Under the pieces are notes generated by a model. That model had not been told where the DNA came from. It searched no databases and saw only the letters and a program-made list of their open reading frames with translations. A stretch of DNA of 63,899 nt, the filler included. It is 5 parts of 5 records of this genome, joined end to end, with 100 filler letters (N's around TTAATTAATTAA, not from the genome) between each part and the next. Parts side by side here need not be neighbours in the genome. Positions count along the whole stretch, not along the records: positions 31,042 to 58,744 come from SRR20825006_2039; 4 more parts are not named here. The stretch is one strand, 5' to 3'. The position numbers and the translations under genes are program-made. Positions 31,043-39,973 of this stretch are shown piece after piece. Numbering within the stretch: position 1 is the stretch's first letter; each line of letters starts with the position of its first letter.

Positions 31043-31780
31043 ATGACGGTCTATGAAAACATGGCGTTCGGGCTCAAGCTGGAGAAGGCACACAGCAAGG
31101 AGGCCGTGCGGCAGCGTGTCGAAAAGGCGGCAGACATGCTGCAGATTCGGCAATATCTCGACCGGCTGCCCAAGCAGCTCTCCGGTGGACAGCGCCAGCG
31201 CGTCGCCATCGGTCGGGCCATTACCCGGGATCCGAAGGTGTTCCTGTTCGATGAACCACTGTCGAACCTGGATGCCGCCTTGCGCGTGGCGACCCGCATC
31301 GAGATTGCCAAGCTGCATGAGGGCATGCACGATGTCACCATGATTTATGTGACGCATGATCAGGTCGAGGCGATGACGCTAGCAGACCGCATCTGTGTGC
31401 TGCGCGATGGTCTGGTCGAGCAGGTGGGCACGCCCATGGAGCTCTACGAGAAGCCTGACAGCATCTTTGTTGCCGGATTTATCGGCTCGCCCAAGATGAA
31501 CTTCCTGACCGGCGAGAAAGCTGAAGCCTTCAAGTGCGCGACCTTGGGCGTGCGTGGCGAGCACATGCTGGTCAAGCCCGACGGCATCTGGGAAGGCGAA
31601 GTGATCCACACCGAAAACCTTGGCGCGGATACATACGTCTATCTCGAAATGGGTCAGGAGGAGCCGATCGTGGTTCGCCTGGAAGGCGCCATGCAGCATC
31701 CGAGCGGCTCGAAGCTGCGCGTCTCCCCGATGGAGGACCGCCTGCACCGCTTCGATGAGGCGGGCAAGCCCATTCGATAG
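31043..31780 (+). CDS. MalK/ThuK-like sugar ABC ATPase (5'-truncated)
   Basis: LSGGQRQRVAIGRA, FDEPLSNLDA, YVTHDQVEAM and FIGSPKMN. The Walker A region is lost at the contig edge. Confidence 0.92.
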   Translation: MTVYENMAFGLKLEKAHSKEAVRQRVEKAADMLQIRQYLDRLPKQLSGGQRQRVAIGRAITRDPKVFLFDEPLSNLDAALRVATRIEIAKLHEGMHDVTMIYVTHDQVEAMTLADRICVLRDGLVEQVGTPMELYEKPDSIFVAGFIGSPKMNFLTGEKAEAFKCATLGVRGEHMLVKPDGIWEGEVIHTENLGADTYVYLEMGQEEPIVVRLEGAMQHPSGSKLRVSPMEDRLHRFDEAGKPIR

Positions 31781-31829
31781 GGTCAAGATTCAATGCGTGA
31801 CGGCCCAGTTGCCGTCACCATTTTCCAAC

Positions 31830-31895
31830 ACCGTGTCCCTCCTGGCGGGAACCTCAGTTGAGCAAACAGGGGTTCCCGATTTTGCGGGAATGACG
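31830..31895. repeat. Degenerate inverted REP-like doublet
   Basis: GGCGGGAACCTC ... GGGGTTCCCGATTTTGCGGGAATGACG. The two units are inverted copies of a TTCCCGC-N-GCGGGAA palindrome. Confidence 0.45.
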
Positions 31896-31952
31896 CAGAA
31901 CCAAGAAACGCCCGGCGCCTCCCTGCCGGGATATTGATATTAGGAGACTGTC

Positions 31953-32741
31953 ATGCCGATCCGTACCCTGGTTTGGGGCGAAAACGTTCACGAGCAGAAG
32001 AACAAGGTTGTCGCCGAAAACTACCCCAATGGCATGCATAACCAGATTGCGGCGCTGCTTCGGCAGGATGCCAATCTGGAGGTCAAGACCACCACTCTGC
32101 AAGAGCCCGAGCATGGCTGCACCGAAGAGGCATTGGCCAATACCGATGTGTTGCTGTGGTGGGGCCATGCGGCCCATGACAAGGTCGACGACGCGGTGGT
32201 GAAACGCGTCATGGAACATGTCTGGCAGGGCATGGGGCTGATCGTGCTGCATTCGGGCCATCACTCCAAGGTGTTCAAGGGCTTGATGGGCTCGCCGGCG
32301 AATTTGCACTGGCGTGAAGCGGGCGAGCGCGAACGCCTGTGGGTGGTCAACCCCGGGCATCCGATCGCCAAGGGGCTGCCGGCCTATTTCGAGCTGGAAT
32401 ATGAAGAGATGTATGGCGAGCCCTTCACCGTGCCGGAGCCGCTGGAGACGGTATTCGTGTCCTGGTTCCAGGGTGGGGAAGTGTTCCGCTCGGGCCTCAC
32501 CTATCGGCGTGGTGCGGGCAATATCTTCTATTTCCGTCCCGGCCATGAAACATACCCGACCTACCACGACGCCAATGTCGGCCAGGTGCTGCGCAATGCC
32601 GTCAACTGGGCCTATCAGGGCGATCGCCATGCTCACCTGATGAAGGCACCAAATACGCCGGTTGCCGAGGCGATCGAGAAGATCGAGGAACGCGGTGCCA
32701 AGCTGAGCGCGGCCGATCATGCGGGCGAAGTGAAGAGCTGA
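31953..32741 (+). CDS. thuA: Trehalose utilization protein ThuA
   Basis: [37 protein letters not shown] and [12 protein letters not shown]. Confidence 0.88.
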   Translation: MPIRTLVWGENVHEQKNKVVAENYPNGMHNQIAALLRQDANLEVKTTTLQEPEHGCTEEALANTDVLLWWGHAAHDKVDDAVVKRVMEHVWQGMGLIVLHSGHHSKVFKGLMGSPANLHWREAGERERLWVVNPGHPIAKGLPAYFELEYEEMYGEPFTVPEPLETVFVSWFQGGEVFRSGLTYRRGAGNIFYFRPGHETYPTYHDANVGQVLRNAVNWAYQGDRHAHLMKAPNTPVAEAIEKIEERGAKLSAADHAGEVKS

Positions 32742-32756
32742 TCGACCTGCGGCGCA

Positions 32757-32819
32757 ATCCCCGCCAAGGCGGGATGCGCCGTTTCGGACCAACAGGCATT
32801 CCCGCCCAGGGCGGGAGTG
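32757..32819. repeat. Two related short palindromes (REP-like) between thuA and thuB
   Basis: ATCCCCGCCAAGGCGGGAT and ATTCCCGCCCAGGGCGGGAGT. Confidence 0.4.
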
Positions 32820-32872
32820 ACCTGCAAAGACAACAGATGAACGGTCGTCGGCGACGGCCAAGGAACGGAAAT

Positions 32873-33916
32873 ATGCGTATCCTCATCCTGGGTACCGGCG
32901 GCATGGCCAATACGCATGCCAAGAATTTTGCGAGCATTGAAGGGGTCACCCTGGCCGGCGGGGTCGACGTCGACCCCTCGCGGGTCGAGGCCTTCTGTGC
33001 GGCACACAATATCGAGCGGGGCTTTGGTTCGCTCGACGCGGCTCTGGGCTGGGGGCAGTTCGATGCCGTGGCCAATGTGACGCCCGATAGTGTGCATTAT
33101 CCCACGACCATGGCTGCCCTTGCGGCGGGCAAGCACGTGTTCTGTGAAAAGCCCTTGGCGACCGATCACGCGCGGGCCATGGAAATGACCGAGACGGCCG
33201 AACGGCTTGGTCTGGTCAACATGGTCAACCTGACCTATCGCAATGTTGCCCAGCTCCAGAAGGCACGCGAAATCGTACAGTCGGGCCAGGTCGGCACGGT
33301 CAAGCATTTCGAGGCCAGCTATCTGCAGAGCTGGCTGGTGTCTCGCGCCTGGGGCGACTGGCGGACGGAGAGCCAGTGGCTGTGGCGCCTGTCCAAGAAG
33401 CACGGCTCAAACGGCGTACTGGGCGACATCGGGGTGCATATTCTCGACTTTGCCGCCTATGGCGCGGGCAGTGACTTTTCGAAAGTGTTCTGCCGGCTCG
33501 AAACCTTCGACAAGGCACCGGGCAACAAGATTGGCGAATATGACCTGGATGCCAATGACAGCTTTGCCATGACGGCGCAGCTCGAAAATGGTGCGCTCGG
33601 TGTGGTCCATGCCTCGCGTTGGGCGACCGGACATTTCAACGAGCTTCGCTTGAGGGTCTACGGCGAACTTGGCTCGATCGAAGTGCAACACCGCCACGAC
33701 TGGTCCAAGCTCTATACTTGCCTGGGGCAGGATGCTGAGACCGGGACTTGGACGGAGGTCGAGGTCGATCCGGTTCCCACCAATTACCAGCGCTTCATTG
33801 ATGCATGCCGCCAGGGTCAGAACCTGGAGCCCAGCTTCCGGCATGCCACCAATATCCAGAAGGTGCTCGATATGGCCACGGTGACAGAGCGGGAACGGGC
33901 CGAGCATACGGTCTAG
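32873..33916 (+). CDS. thuB: Gfo/Idh/MocA-family oxidoreductase (ThuB-like)
   Basis: ILGTGGMA, KHVFCEKPL and GVLGDIGVHILD. Directly downstream of thuA. Confidence 0.8.
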   Translation: MRILILGTGGMANTHAKNFASIEGVTLAGGVDVDPSRVEAFCAAHNIERGFGSLDAALGWGQFDAVANVTPDSVHYPTTMAALAAGKHVFCEKPLATDHARAMEMTETAERLGLVNMVNLTYRNVAQLQKAREIVQSGQVGTVKHFEASYLQSWLVSRAWGDWRTESQWLWRLSKKHGSNGVLGDIGVHILDFAAYGAGSDFSKVFCRLETFDKAPGNKIGEYDLDANDSFAMTAQLENGALGVVHASRWATGHFNELRLRVYGELGSIEVQHRHDWSKLYTCLGQDAETGTWTEVEVDPVPTNYQRFIDACRQGQNLEPSFRHATNIQKVLDMATVTERERAEHTV

Positions 33917-33920
33917 GCGC

Positions 33921-33960
33921 AAGAGAAAAGGGCCCCGGCAGATTGCCGAGGCCCTTTCTT
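33921..33960. terminator. Bidirectional intrinsic terminator
   Basis: AAAGGGCCCCGGCA-GAT-TGCCGAGGCCCTTT between convergent genes, with A/T tracts on both sides. Confidence 0.72.
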
Positions 33961-33972
33961 CATTTCGACGGA

Positions 33973-34488
33973 TCAGGCGCGGTCGTCAACATAGACGATC
34001 ACGGCGCCATCGGCCTTGGTCTTGAGGCTGACGACATCCTCGACAGCATAGCCTTCCGCTTCCAGTTCAGCGGTGATTGCCGTGTTGTCGGAGATGCGGG
34101 CATGCAAGCCGGCCTGCGCGTCGGCACTGGCGGTCAGCACCTCATCGAGAGCGGCACTCTCGGTCTCCGCATTGCCCTGCAGCGATGAGAGCAGCACGAT
34201 AGAGATATCCGTCTCTTCGGTTACGGCAGACAGATCCAGATTGGCCGAGGTCTGGATGGAAGCCATCACAGAACCATAGGTATCGTCGGCCATCCCGCCG
34301 GCTGCTTCGACGTTTGCGTCAGAGCTCACGCCAGCGTTTGCATCGAGGCTGTCTTCAGCGTCGACTTCGGCACCGGCGTCCACGCCAGCATCGACACTGA
34401 CGCCGTCTTCGGACGTGTCCACGCCAGCATCAACACCAGCATCAGTCTGGGCGGTCAGCACGTCGCTGGTTGCGACCTCCTCGATCAC
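33973..34488 (-). CDS. Acidic Ala/Asp-rich hypothetical protein (start uncertain)
   Basis: Protein-like composition with DAGVDAG repeats and C-terminal LEAEGYAVEDVV...DGAVIVYVDDR. Followed by a terminator. Confidence 0.65.
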   Translation of the reverse strand: MIEEVATSDVLTAQTDAGVDAGVDTSEDGVSVDAGVDAGAEVDAEDSLDANAGVSSDANVEAAGGMADDTYGSVMASIQTSANLDLSAVTEETDISIVLLSSLQGNAETESAALDEVLTASADAQAGLHARISDNTAITAELEAEGYAVEDVVSLKTKADGAVIVYVDDRA

Positions 34489-34568
34489 AAACCGCGATCA
34501 AATTTGCCCTCGGCGTTGCAACCCGCTGAGGCGATACCAATTTCTATGGACAGCAAAAGGAGCGTCGC

Positions 34569-34820
34569 ATGGGTATTGTCTGGGCCATCATCATCGGGTT
34601 TCTCGCCGGTCTCATCGCCAAGTGGATCACGCCGGGAAACAACAAGCCCTCTGGGTTCATTCTCACCACCGTTCTGGGGATCGTCGGCTCGGTTCTTGCG
34701 ACGTGGCTTGGCCAGCAGATCGGATGGTACAATCAGGGCGATGGCGCCGGTTTCATCGCCTCCGTAGTGGGGGCCGTAATCATCCTGCTCGCCTGGGGGC
34801 AGTTGGCGCGCCGCGCCTGA
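34569..34820 (+). CDS. GlsB/YeaQ/YmgE-family (transglycosylase-associated) membrane protein
   Basis: IIIGFLAGLIAKWITPG...LGIVGS...IASVVGAVIIL. AGGAG RBS. Confidence 0.9.
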   Translation: MGIVWAIIIGFLAGLIAKWITPGNNKPSGFILTTVLGIVGSVLATWLGQQIGWYNQGDGAGFIASVVGAVIILLAWGQLARRA

Positions 34821-34834
34821 CGGTGCGGACAATG

Positions 34835-34860
34835 AAAAAGGGCGCCCGAGGGCGCCCTTT
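34835..34860. terminator. Intrinsic terminator between convergent genes
   Basis: AAAGGGCGCC-CGAG-GGCGCCCTTT. Confidence 0.75.
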
Positions 34861-34881
34861 CCTGAGTTCAGGCATTTGGGC

Positions 34882-36489
34882 CTATTCGATAACTGTGATG
34901 CGGCCATCGGTGTAGGGAGTGTATTCACCACCAAGCCCGGCGATGTAGTCGGCCAGCACCTGCTCAAGCGGCGGACCGAAGTCATAGGGGTTGTCGCCTT
35001 CGGCAAAGGTGCCGTAACCGTCGCCACCGCCACGCATGTAGTTGTTGGTGACGATGGTGTAGGTGGCTTCTTCGTCGATCGGCACCCACTCGTCACCTTC
35101 ACCCACGACCAACACGTCGCTGATGCGATCGCCAGCCGGGTTTGCGAGGGTGTAGGAGTACTTCAGACCCGCAACCTGCGGGAAGCGGCCTGCGCCGTTC
35201 TCGATGTCAGACACGCCATTTTCCAGCGCGTCGATAACATCGGCGCCGGAAATATCAACGGTGGCCAAGGTGTTGGAGAAGGGCAGAACAGTAAGCGCTT
35301 CACCCATGGTGATCTCACCAGCATCAATGGACGCGCGCAGACCGCCGCCATTCTGGATGGCGATTGTCGCGCCAGATGTCGATGCGGCGTCAAGAATGGC
35401 GTCTGCAACCAGGTTGCCCATGGAACACTCGACCACGCGGCAGACTTCACGCGAGCCTTCGATGGCATCGGTTGCGGTACCGATCACTTCTTCCATCAGC
35501 GCGTTGATCGGCTCCTGAAGTTCAGCGAGACGGGCAACATAACCTTCGTCGGGGGTGACCGATGCGTCCATGATGATCGGAGCGCCTTCGGCCGAGATGA
35601 CATTGCCCTCGTCATCCCAGGTGACGACAAGGTCACCGAGATATTTGGCATAGGCGCCGGCGGTCACCACCGGTACTTCATTGCCAGCAGGCCCATTGAC
35701 CATTGTGGGGTAGGGGCCAACAGCGTTTTCGTCGGTGTTGGACAGCAGCGAGTGGGAGTGGCCGCCCACGACCACGTCAACATTGGGAACATTGGCAGCG
35801 ACCTGCAGGTCCTGCGAATAACCAATATGCGTCAGCGCGATGATCTTGTTCACACCGGCAGAGGTCAAGGCTTCGGCCTGAGTGGTGAGGCTGGTGATGG
35901 TGTCTTCAAATTCGACATTGTCGCCAGGAGAAGAGGTTTCATCGGTGTCTTCGGCCAATGCTGAAACAAAACCAATCTTCTCGCCGCCGATTTCCAGAAC
36001 CAGCGTGCCCGGCACGCGACCGGCCAGCAGGGGTTCGTTCTCGACATTGGTGTTGCCCGAAATAATCGGGAAGTTCACCGCATCGAGCAGCTTGGCCAGT
36101 TCTTCAGGGCCGTCGTCGAACTCGTGGTTACCTACGGCCATCACTTCGATGCCCAGATCATTGGCGAATTCGGCAATAATTTCGCTGCGATACTGGGTGT
36201 AGAAGAGCGACCCCTGAAATTGATCGCCCGCATCGACCAGAACGACGTTTTCGCCTTCAAGGTCGGCGCGTTTAGCGTCGATTGCGGTCTTGAGACGGGC
36301 AATGCCACCAAAGCACTCGCCGGCGGCATCATCTTCGGCGCTGCAGTTGGAGTCCGTACCGGTGATCGGACCAAATCGGGAGTGGAAGTCGTTGATGTGC
36401 AGAATGTTCAGCGTGAACTCTGCATAGGCGGCTGTTGAGAAGCCGGCGCAGAGTGTGAGCGCCGTTGCGCCCAGAAGCAGTTTCTTCAT
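34882..36489 (-). CDS. Periplasmic bifunctional metallophosphatase/5'-nucleotidase
   Basis: Signal peptide, LHINDFHS, DAGDQFQGS, GNHEFD, ALTHIG, GGHSHS, NGGGLR and GGDGY. Confidence 0.93.
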   Translation of the reverse strand: MKKLLLGATALTLCAGFSTAAYAEFTLNILHINDFHSRFGPITGTDSNCSAEDDAAGECFGGIARLKTAIDAKRADLEGENVVLVDAGDQFQGSLFYTQYRSEIIAEFANDLGIEVMAVGNHEFDDGPEELAKLLDAVNFPIISGNTNVENEPLLAGRVPGTLVLEIGGEKIGFVSALAEDTDETSSPGDNVEFEDTITSLTTQAEALTSAGVNKIIALTHIGYSQDLQVAANVPNVDVVVGGHSHSLLSNTDENAVGPYPTMVNGPAGNEVPVVTAGAYAKYLGDLVVTWDDEGNVISAEGAPIIMDASVTPDEGYVARLAELQEPINALMEEVIGTATDAIEGSREVCRVVECSMGNLVADAILDAASTSGATIAIQNGGGLRASIDAGEITMGEALTVLPFSNTLATVDISGADVIDALENGVSDIENGAGRFPQVAGLKYSYTLANPAGDRISDVLVVGEGDEWVPIDEEATYTIVTNNYMRGGGDGYGTFAEGDNPYDFGPPLEQVLADYIAGLGGEYTPYTDGRITVIE

Positions 36490-36731
36490 CCCTGATGTCC
36501 CTTGTACTTGTTGCAGTCGTCAGTGCATCCGCCAATCAGCCCGACGCCTGGAGGGCTGTCAGCAGTGTCATAAAACAACTAATCAGCTAATTGTGACAGT
36601 GGAAAGTGGACCTTTTGGTCAAATATCCGGTCACGGTTTTGGGGTGAGGTTTGCGGCAGGGACCGTAAACGCGGTTGCAAGGGTTTGTGCGTATTGCTGG
36701 GTGACCGACCCGCCTGCTGAAAGCACTGCCA

Positions 36732-37193
36732 ATGAATGTCGCCCTGGAAAGTCTGATGCATGTGCATCCCGAGCAGGCTGCGGTGCGGCCGGCCGGCGGT
36801 GGGGGCCTGATGTTCTTCGTAATTGGTGCGTGTGCAGCAGCAAGCTTTGTCGTGGTGAGCACGGCGTTGATATGGATGCTGCCCATGATCGACAGCTGGC
36901 TTGTCAGCACCTCTTGCTATGCGGTGTTCATCGTCCCGGTCTATCTGCTGCATCGTCGCTACACTTTCGGCTCCGAAGTGGGGCATGGTCAGGCGCTGCC
37001 ACGTTATGTCGTCGTGCAGATGATGGCGTTGGCGTTGGCCACCCTATTCAGCTTCCTACTCCACGGCACGTTCGCCCTGCCCAGCCTGATGGCGGCCATG
37101 TTGGTTATCGCGCTGACCTCGGGGATCAATTACCTTGTGCTGCGCGCCTGGGCCTTCAACCGTGAACGTCGGCTCGAAGCCAAACCGGCATGA
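36732..37193 (+). CDS. GtrA-family membrane protein
   Basis: Four hydrophobic helices, YLLHRRYTF and NYLVLRAWAF GtrA-type motifs. Start uncertain. Confidence 0.75.
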   Translation: MNVALESLMHVHPEQAAVRPAGGGGLMFFVIGACAAASFVVVSTALIWMLPMIDSWLVSTSCYAVFIVPVYLLHRRYTFGSEVGHGQALPRYVVVQMMALALATLFSFLLHGTFALPSLMAAMLVIALTSGINYLVLRAWAFNRERRLEAKPA

Positions 37194-37825
37194 ACGTGCT
37201 GTCCTGGAGCAAGCGCCTGCTCAACGCGGGGCATGGTGCTCTGATCTTCAGGCGGCGCGTTGAGGCGCTGGCGGATAGCCTCGCCATTGCTATTCCAAGC
37301 GATGCCATTCGGGTTCTGGATCTCGGATGTGGCGACGGGCAGGTGGCCAAGGCGCTGACGCGACGGCGCCCTGAGCTCGTGATCGAGGGTGTCGATGTAC
37401 TTGTGCGGCCGGTGACGCATATTCCTGTCACGGCCTATGACGGGGTCAGGTTGCCCTTTGCCGACCAACAGTTCGATTGTGTCACTATCGTCGATGTGTT
37501 GCACCACACAGACGACCCCGGTCTCGTCCTTGCAGAGGCGGCGCGCGTGGCTTCCGGCAGCGTGGTGATCAAAGACCATTTGCGCGAAGGCATATTGGCT
37601 GGGCCTATTTTGCGAGTGATGGATTGGGTGGGCAATCGGGGGCACAATGTGCGCCTGACATATAATTATCTCGATGCGGATGAGTGGGCCGAGCTCTTTG
37701 CGCTGGCGGCGCTCAAAGAGACGCACAGGCAAGCAAAACTGGGCCTTTATGGTCCGCCACTGAGCTGGGCTTTCGAGCGGAGTCTGCACTTCGTGAACAG
37801 GCTTGACCACATCAATCGCGCCTGA
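37190..37825 (+). CDS. Class I SAM-dependent methyltransferase
   Basis: VLDLGCGDG, YDGVRLPFADQQFD and DVLHH. ATGA overlap with the GtrA gene. Confidence 0.88.
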   Translation: MNVLSWSKRLLNAGHGALIFRRRVEALADSLAIAIPSDAIRVLDLGCGDGQVAKALTRRRPELVIEGVDVLVRPVTHIPVTAYDGVRLPFADQQFDCVTIVDVLHHTDDPGLVLAEAARVASGSVVIKDHLREGILAGPILRVMDWVGNRGHNVRLTYNYLDADEWAELFALAALKETHRQAKLGLYGPPLSWAFERSLHFVNRLDHINRA

Positions 37826-37883
37826 CGGGCTTTCAATACCGGCTCAGTCGGGTATTCTCCGCGCCGTTTGATTTGCAGGGGAA

Positions 37884-38540
37884 ATGCTCATGCGCAGTGC
37901 TTTGATTGTTTATGGCGGCTGGGAAGGTCACGACCCGGAGGAGTGCGCCACCATCTATCGCCGCTGGCTGCATGAGGACGGCTATTCGGTGCGTACCTCT
38001 ACCGAGACCAGCGCCTTCGCTGATCCCTCGATTGCCGATCTGTCGCTGATCATTCCGATCTACACGATGAGCAAGATCGAGAAGGAAGAGGCCGAGAACC
38101 TCGCCAATGCCGTGCGCGGTGGAGTCGGTCTCGCCGGCCATCACGGGGGCATGTCCGATGCCTTCCGCGACTCTGTGGTCTACCAGTTCATGATTGGCGG
38201 CCAGTGGGTGGCGCATCCGGGCGACATTCTCGATTATACCGTGGATGTGACCAAGCCTGATGATCCGATCATGGCGGGGATCAAGTCCAGCTTTCCCTAC
38301 ACTTCCGAACAATACTACATGCATGTCGATCCGATGATCGAGGTGCTCGCGACCACGACGTTCAGCGGCGAGCACGCGCCCTGGATCGAAGGCGCCGTGG
38401 TTCCTGTGGTGTGGAAGCACCGCTATGGCCAAGGTCGTGTTTTTCACTCGACCCTGGGGCACGCGGCCAAGGAGTTCGAAAACCCGAATTTCGCCACCAT
38501 CATGCGCCGTGGCATTAACTGGGCAGCGCGGGACGAGTAG
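37884..38540 (+). CDS. ThuA-domain (class I glutamine amidotransferase-like) protein
   Basis: GGWEGHDP, GLAGHHGG, GGQWVAHPG, SEQYYMH and GRVFHSTLGH. Confidence 0.82.
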   Translation: MLMRSALIVYGGWEGHDPEECATIYRRWLHEDGYSVRTSTETSAFADPSIADLSLIIPIYTMSKIEKEEAENLANAVRGGVGLAGHHGGMSDAFRDSVVYQFMIGGQWVAHPGDILDYTVDVTKPDDPIMAGIKSSFPYTSEQYYMHVDPMIEVLATTTFSGEHAPWIEGAVVPVVWKHRYGQGRVFHSTLGHAAKEFENPNFATIMRRGINWAARDE

Positions 38541-38547
38541 TCCGGCG

Positions 38548-39186
38548 CTACCAGCGCAGCAGGTATCGCCCGGTGATCGCGCCCAGTAGCGCGGTCAGGG
38601 CGATGCCCAGAGAATACCAGGTCGCCATGAACATCATGCTGGTTTCCCCGCAATAAAAGGCATAGGCCGCCGCGCCGAAGCCCCCGGCCAACAGGCCTGC
38701 GGCGAGGCCCGCGAGTGTTGGCGAGGCGGGCGCAAAGCGGCGCATCACACCGAGCAGCACCGCCAGCAGCGGGGCCGCAGTCACGATAATCAGCCAGGGG
38801 CAGACGAGAGCGGTTCCGCCCATCAGCATGGGCATGGCCCAATCTGCCTGCATCCAGCCCAGGGTGCCGGCAATCAGTGCCAGCACAGCCAGCGCACCGG
38901 CCAGCAGCAGCGGCCAGATGCGAGACTGGTCGGGACGGGACAAAGCCGGCACGGCGATCAGTCCAAGACTGCCCAGGCCTATCGTGTAGGCCAGCTTGCC
39001 CCAGAACATGGAATTGCCCCAGGCACCGCCAAAGGGGCGGCCGACCAAGAGGTCGAGCACCAACGGGCCGACGAGTATGGTGGCGAACAGCCCGATGGCC
39101 AAAGCCAGCCAAAGCCGCTTCTCCAGCGCCCGAGATGGTGTCGGTTTGAGGTCGGAGGTCAGGCGGTCGATCAGTTCATTGGTCAT
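38548..39186 (-). CDS. nrsF: NrsF (DUF1109) membrane anti-sigma factor
   Basis: MTNELIDRLTSDL start, six TM segments, two Cys (ALVCPW, FYCGE), APASPTLAG, C-terminal RYLLRW. Coupled to an ECF sigma gene. Confidence 0.88.
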   Translation of the reverse strand: MTNELIDRLTSDLKPTPSRALEKRLWLALAIGLFATILVGPLVLDLLVGRPFGGAWGNSMFWGKLAYTIGLGSLGLIAVPALSRPDQSRIWPLLLAGALAVLALIAGTLGWMQADWAMPMLMGGTALVCPWLIIVTAAPLLAVLLGVMRRFAPASPTLAGLAAGLLAGGFGAAAYAFYCGETSMMFMATWYSLGIALTALLGAITGRYLLRW

Positions 39187-39734
39187 TTGCTGCCTCCCGC
39201 AAACCTGTTCATCAGGGATTTGAGGCCGCGGTGGATCGACACCTTTGCAGCAGTTTCACTCATGCCGTGGCGAGCGGCCGCCTCGGCGATGCTGGCACCC
39301 TCGATACGGGTCTGGCGGATGAGATCGGCGGTTCGTTCGGGCACCTCGGTCAGCACCGCATCGACATCACGACGGTCGGCAGCGTGGGCGCTGTCGTCGA
39401 ACGCAAATATGGGCGCGTCGTCATCAAGGTGAACGGTGGGACGGATGGCGTGGCGACGGACATGGTCGACGAACTTGTGATGTGCAACAGCATGCAGCCA
39501 GGCGGTGAAGGGCCGGCTGCGGTCGTAGGTCGAACGTTTGGTGTGCAAGGCAAGTAAAGTTTCCTGCACCAGATCCTCCGCGTGCGAAGCATGGGACGGG
39601 CTCAGGCGTCTTGCGAACCAGGGTCGCAAATAGCGCGTGAGTTCGGCCAGCAGCCGGCGATAGGCGGCTGCGTCGCCGTCGAGTGCGGCGAGCATCAACT
39701 CGCGCATCCGTTTCTCGGTCGCATCCGCCTGCAT
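39183..39734 (-). CDS. sigF: ECF sigma factor (SigF/ECF16 type)
   Basis: GDAAAYRRLL, AEDLVQETLLALHTKRSTYD, PFTAWL and KVSIHRGLK. Upstream of nrsF. Confidence 0.9.
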   Translation of the reverse strand: MQADATEKRMRELMLAALDGDAAAYRRLLAELTRYLRPWFARRLSPSHASHAEDLVQETLLALHTKRSTYDRSRPFTAWLHAVAHHKFVDHVRRHAIRPTVHLDDDAPIFAFDDSAHAADRRDVDAVLTEVPERTADLIRQTRIEGASIAEAAARHGMSETAAKVSIHRGLKSLMNRFAGGSK

Positions 39735-39744
39735 TGGTTCTCCA

Positions 39745-39770
39745 TTCGCGCCGCTTGTACAGGAGGTTAC
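39745..39770 (-). promoter_or_regulatory. SigF-type promoter for sigF-nrsF
   Basis: Minus strand reads GTAACC-tcctgtacaagcggcg(16 nt)-CGAA, ending 10 nt before the sigF ATG. Confidence 0.8.
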
Positions 39771-39816
39771 ACAGCAGGGACAAAAAAGCGAGCGCCGAAC
39801 ACGGCTGCGTGAACAG

Positions 39817-39842
39817 GTAACCCGAATTGTAGGTGGCGCGAA
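39817..39842 (+). promoter_or_regulatory. SigF-type promoter for the cytochrome b/molybdoenzyme operon
   Basis: GTAACC-cgaattgtaggtggcg(16 nt)-CGAA. Confidence 0.8.
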
Positions 39843-39973
39843 TATGTTGATGTCGGCATCGAGGGCATCGCACCCAGTGCTGACGGTAATAACATCGACG
39901 TGATGGCGACGCTCTGCACGATGCGCTACCGTTACTACTGGCAGGAAATCATTTTATCCGCCGAGGGGGAAAT

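Noticed and set aside
26039..33916. Single operon joining the GH38 ABC system to the MalK ATPase and thuAB
   Set aside because: A linker at 30942-31041 separates them and both flanking genes are truncated, so linkage cannot be shown.
34360..34445. Short direct repeats (GTCCACGCCAGCATC) suggesting a CRISPR-like array
   Set aside because: Only two or three in-frame copies encoding DAGVD repeats inside a CDS, with no spacer periodicity and no cas genes.
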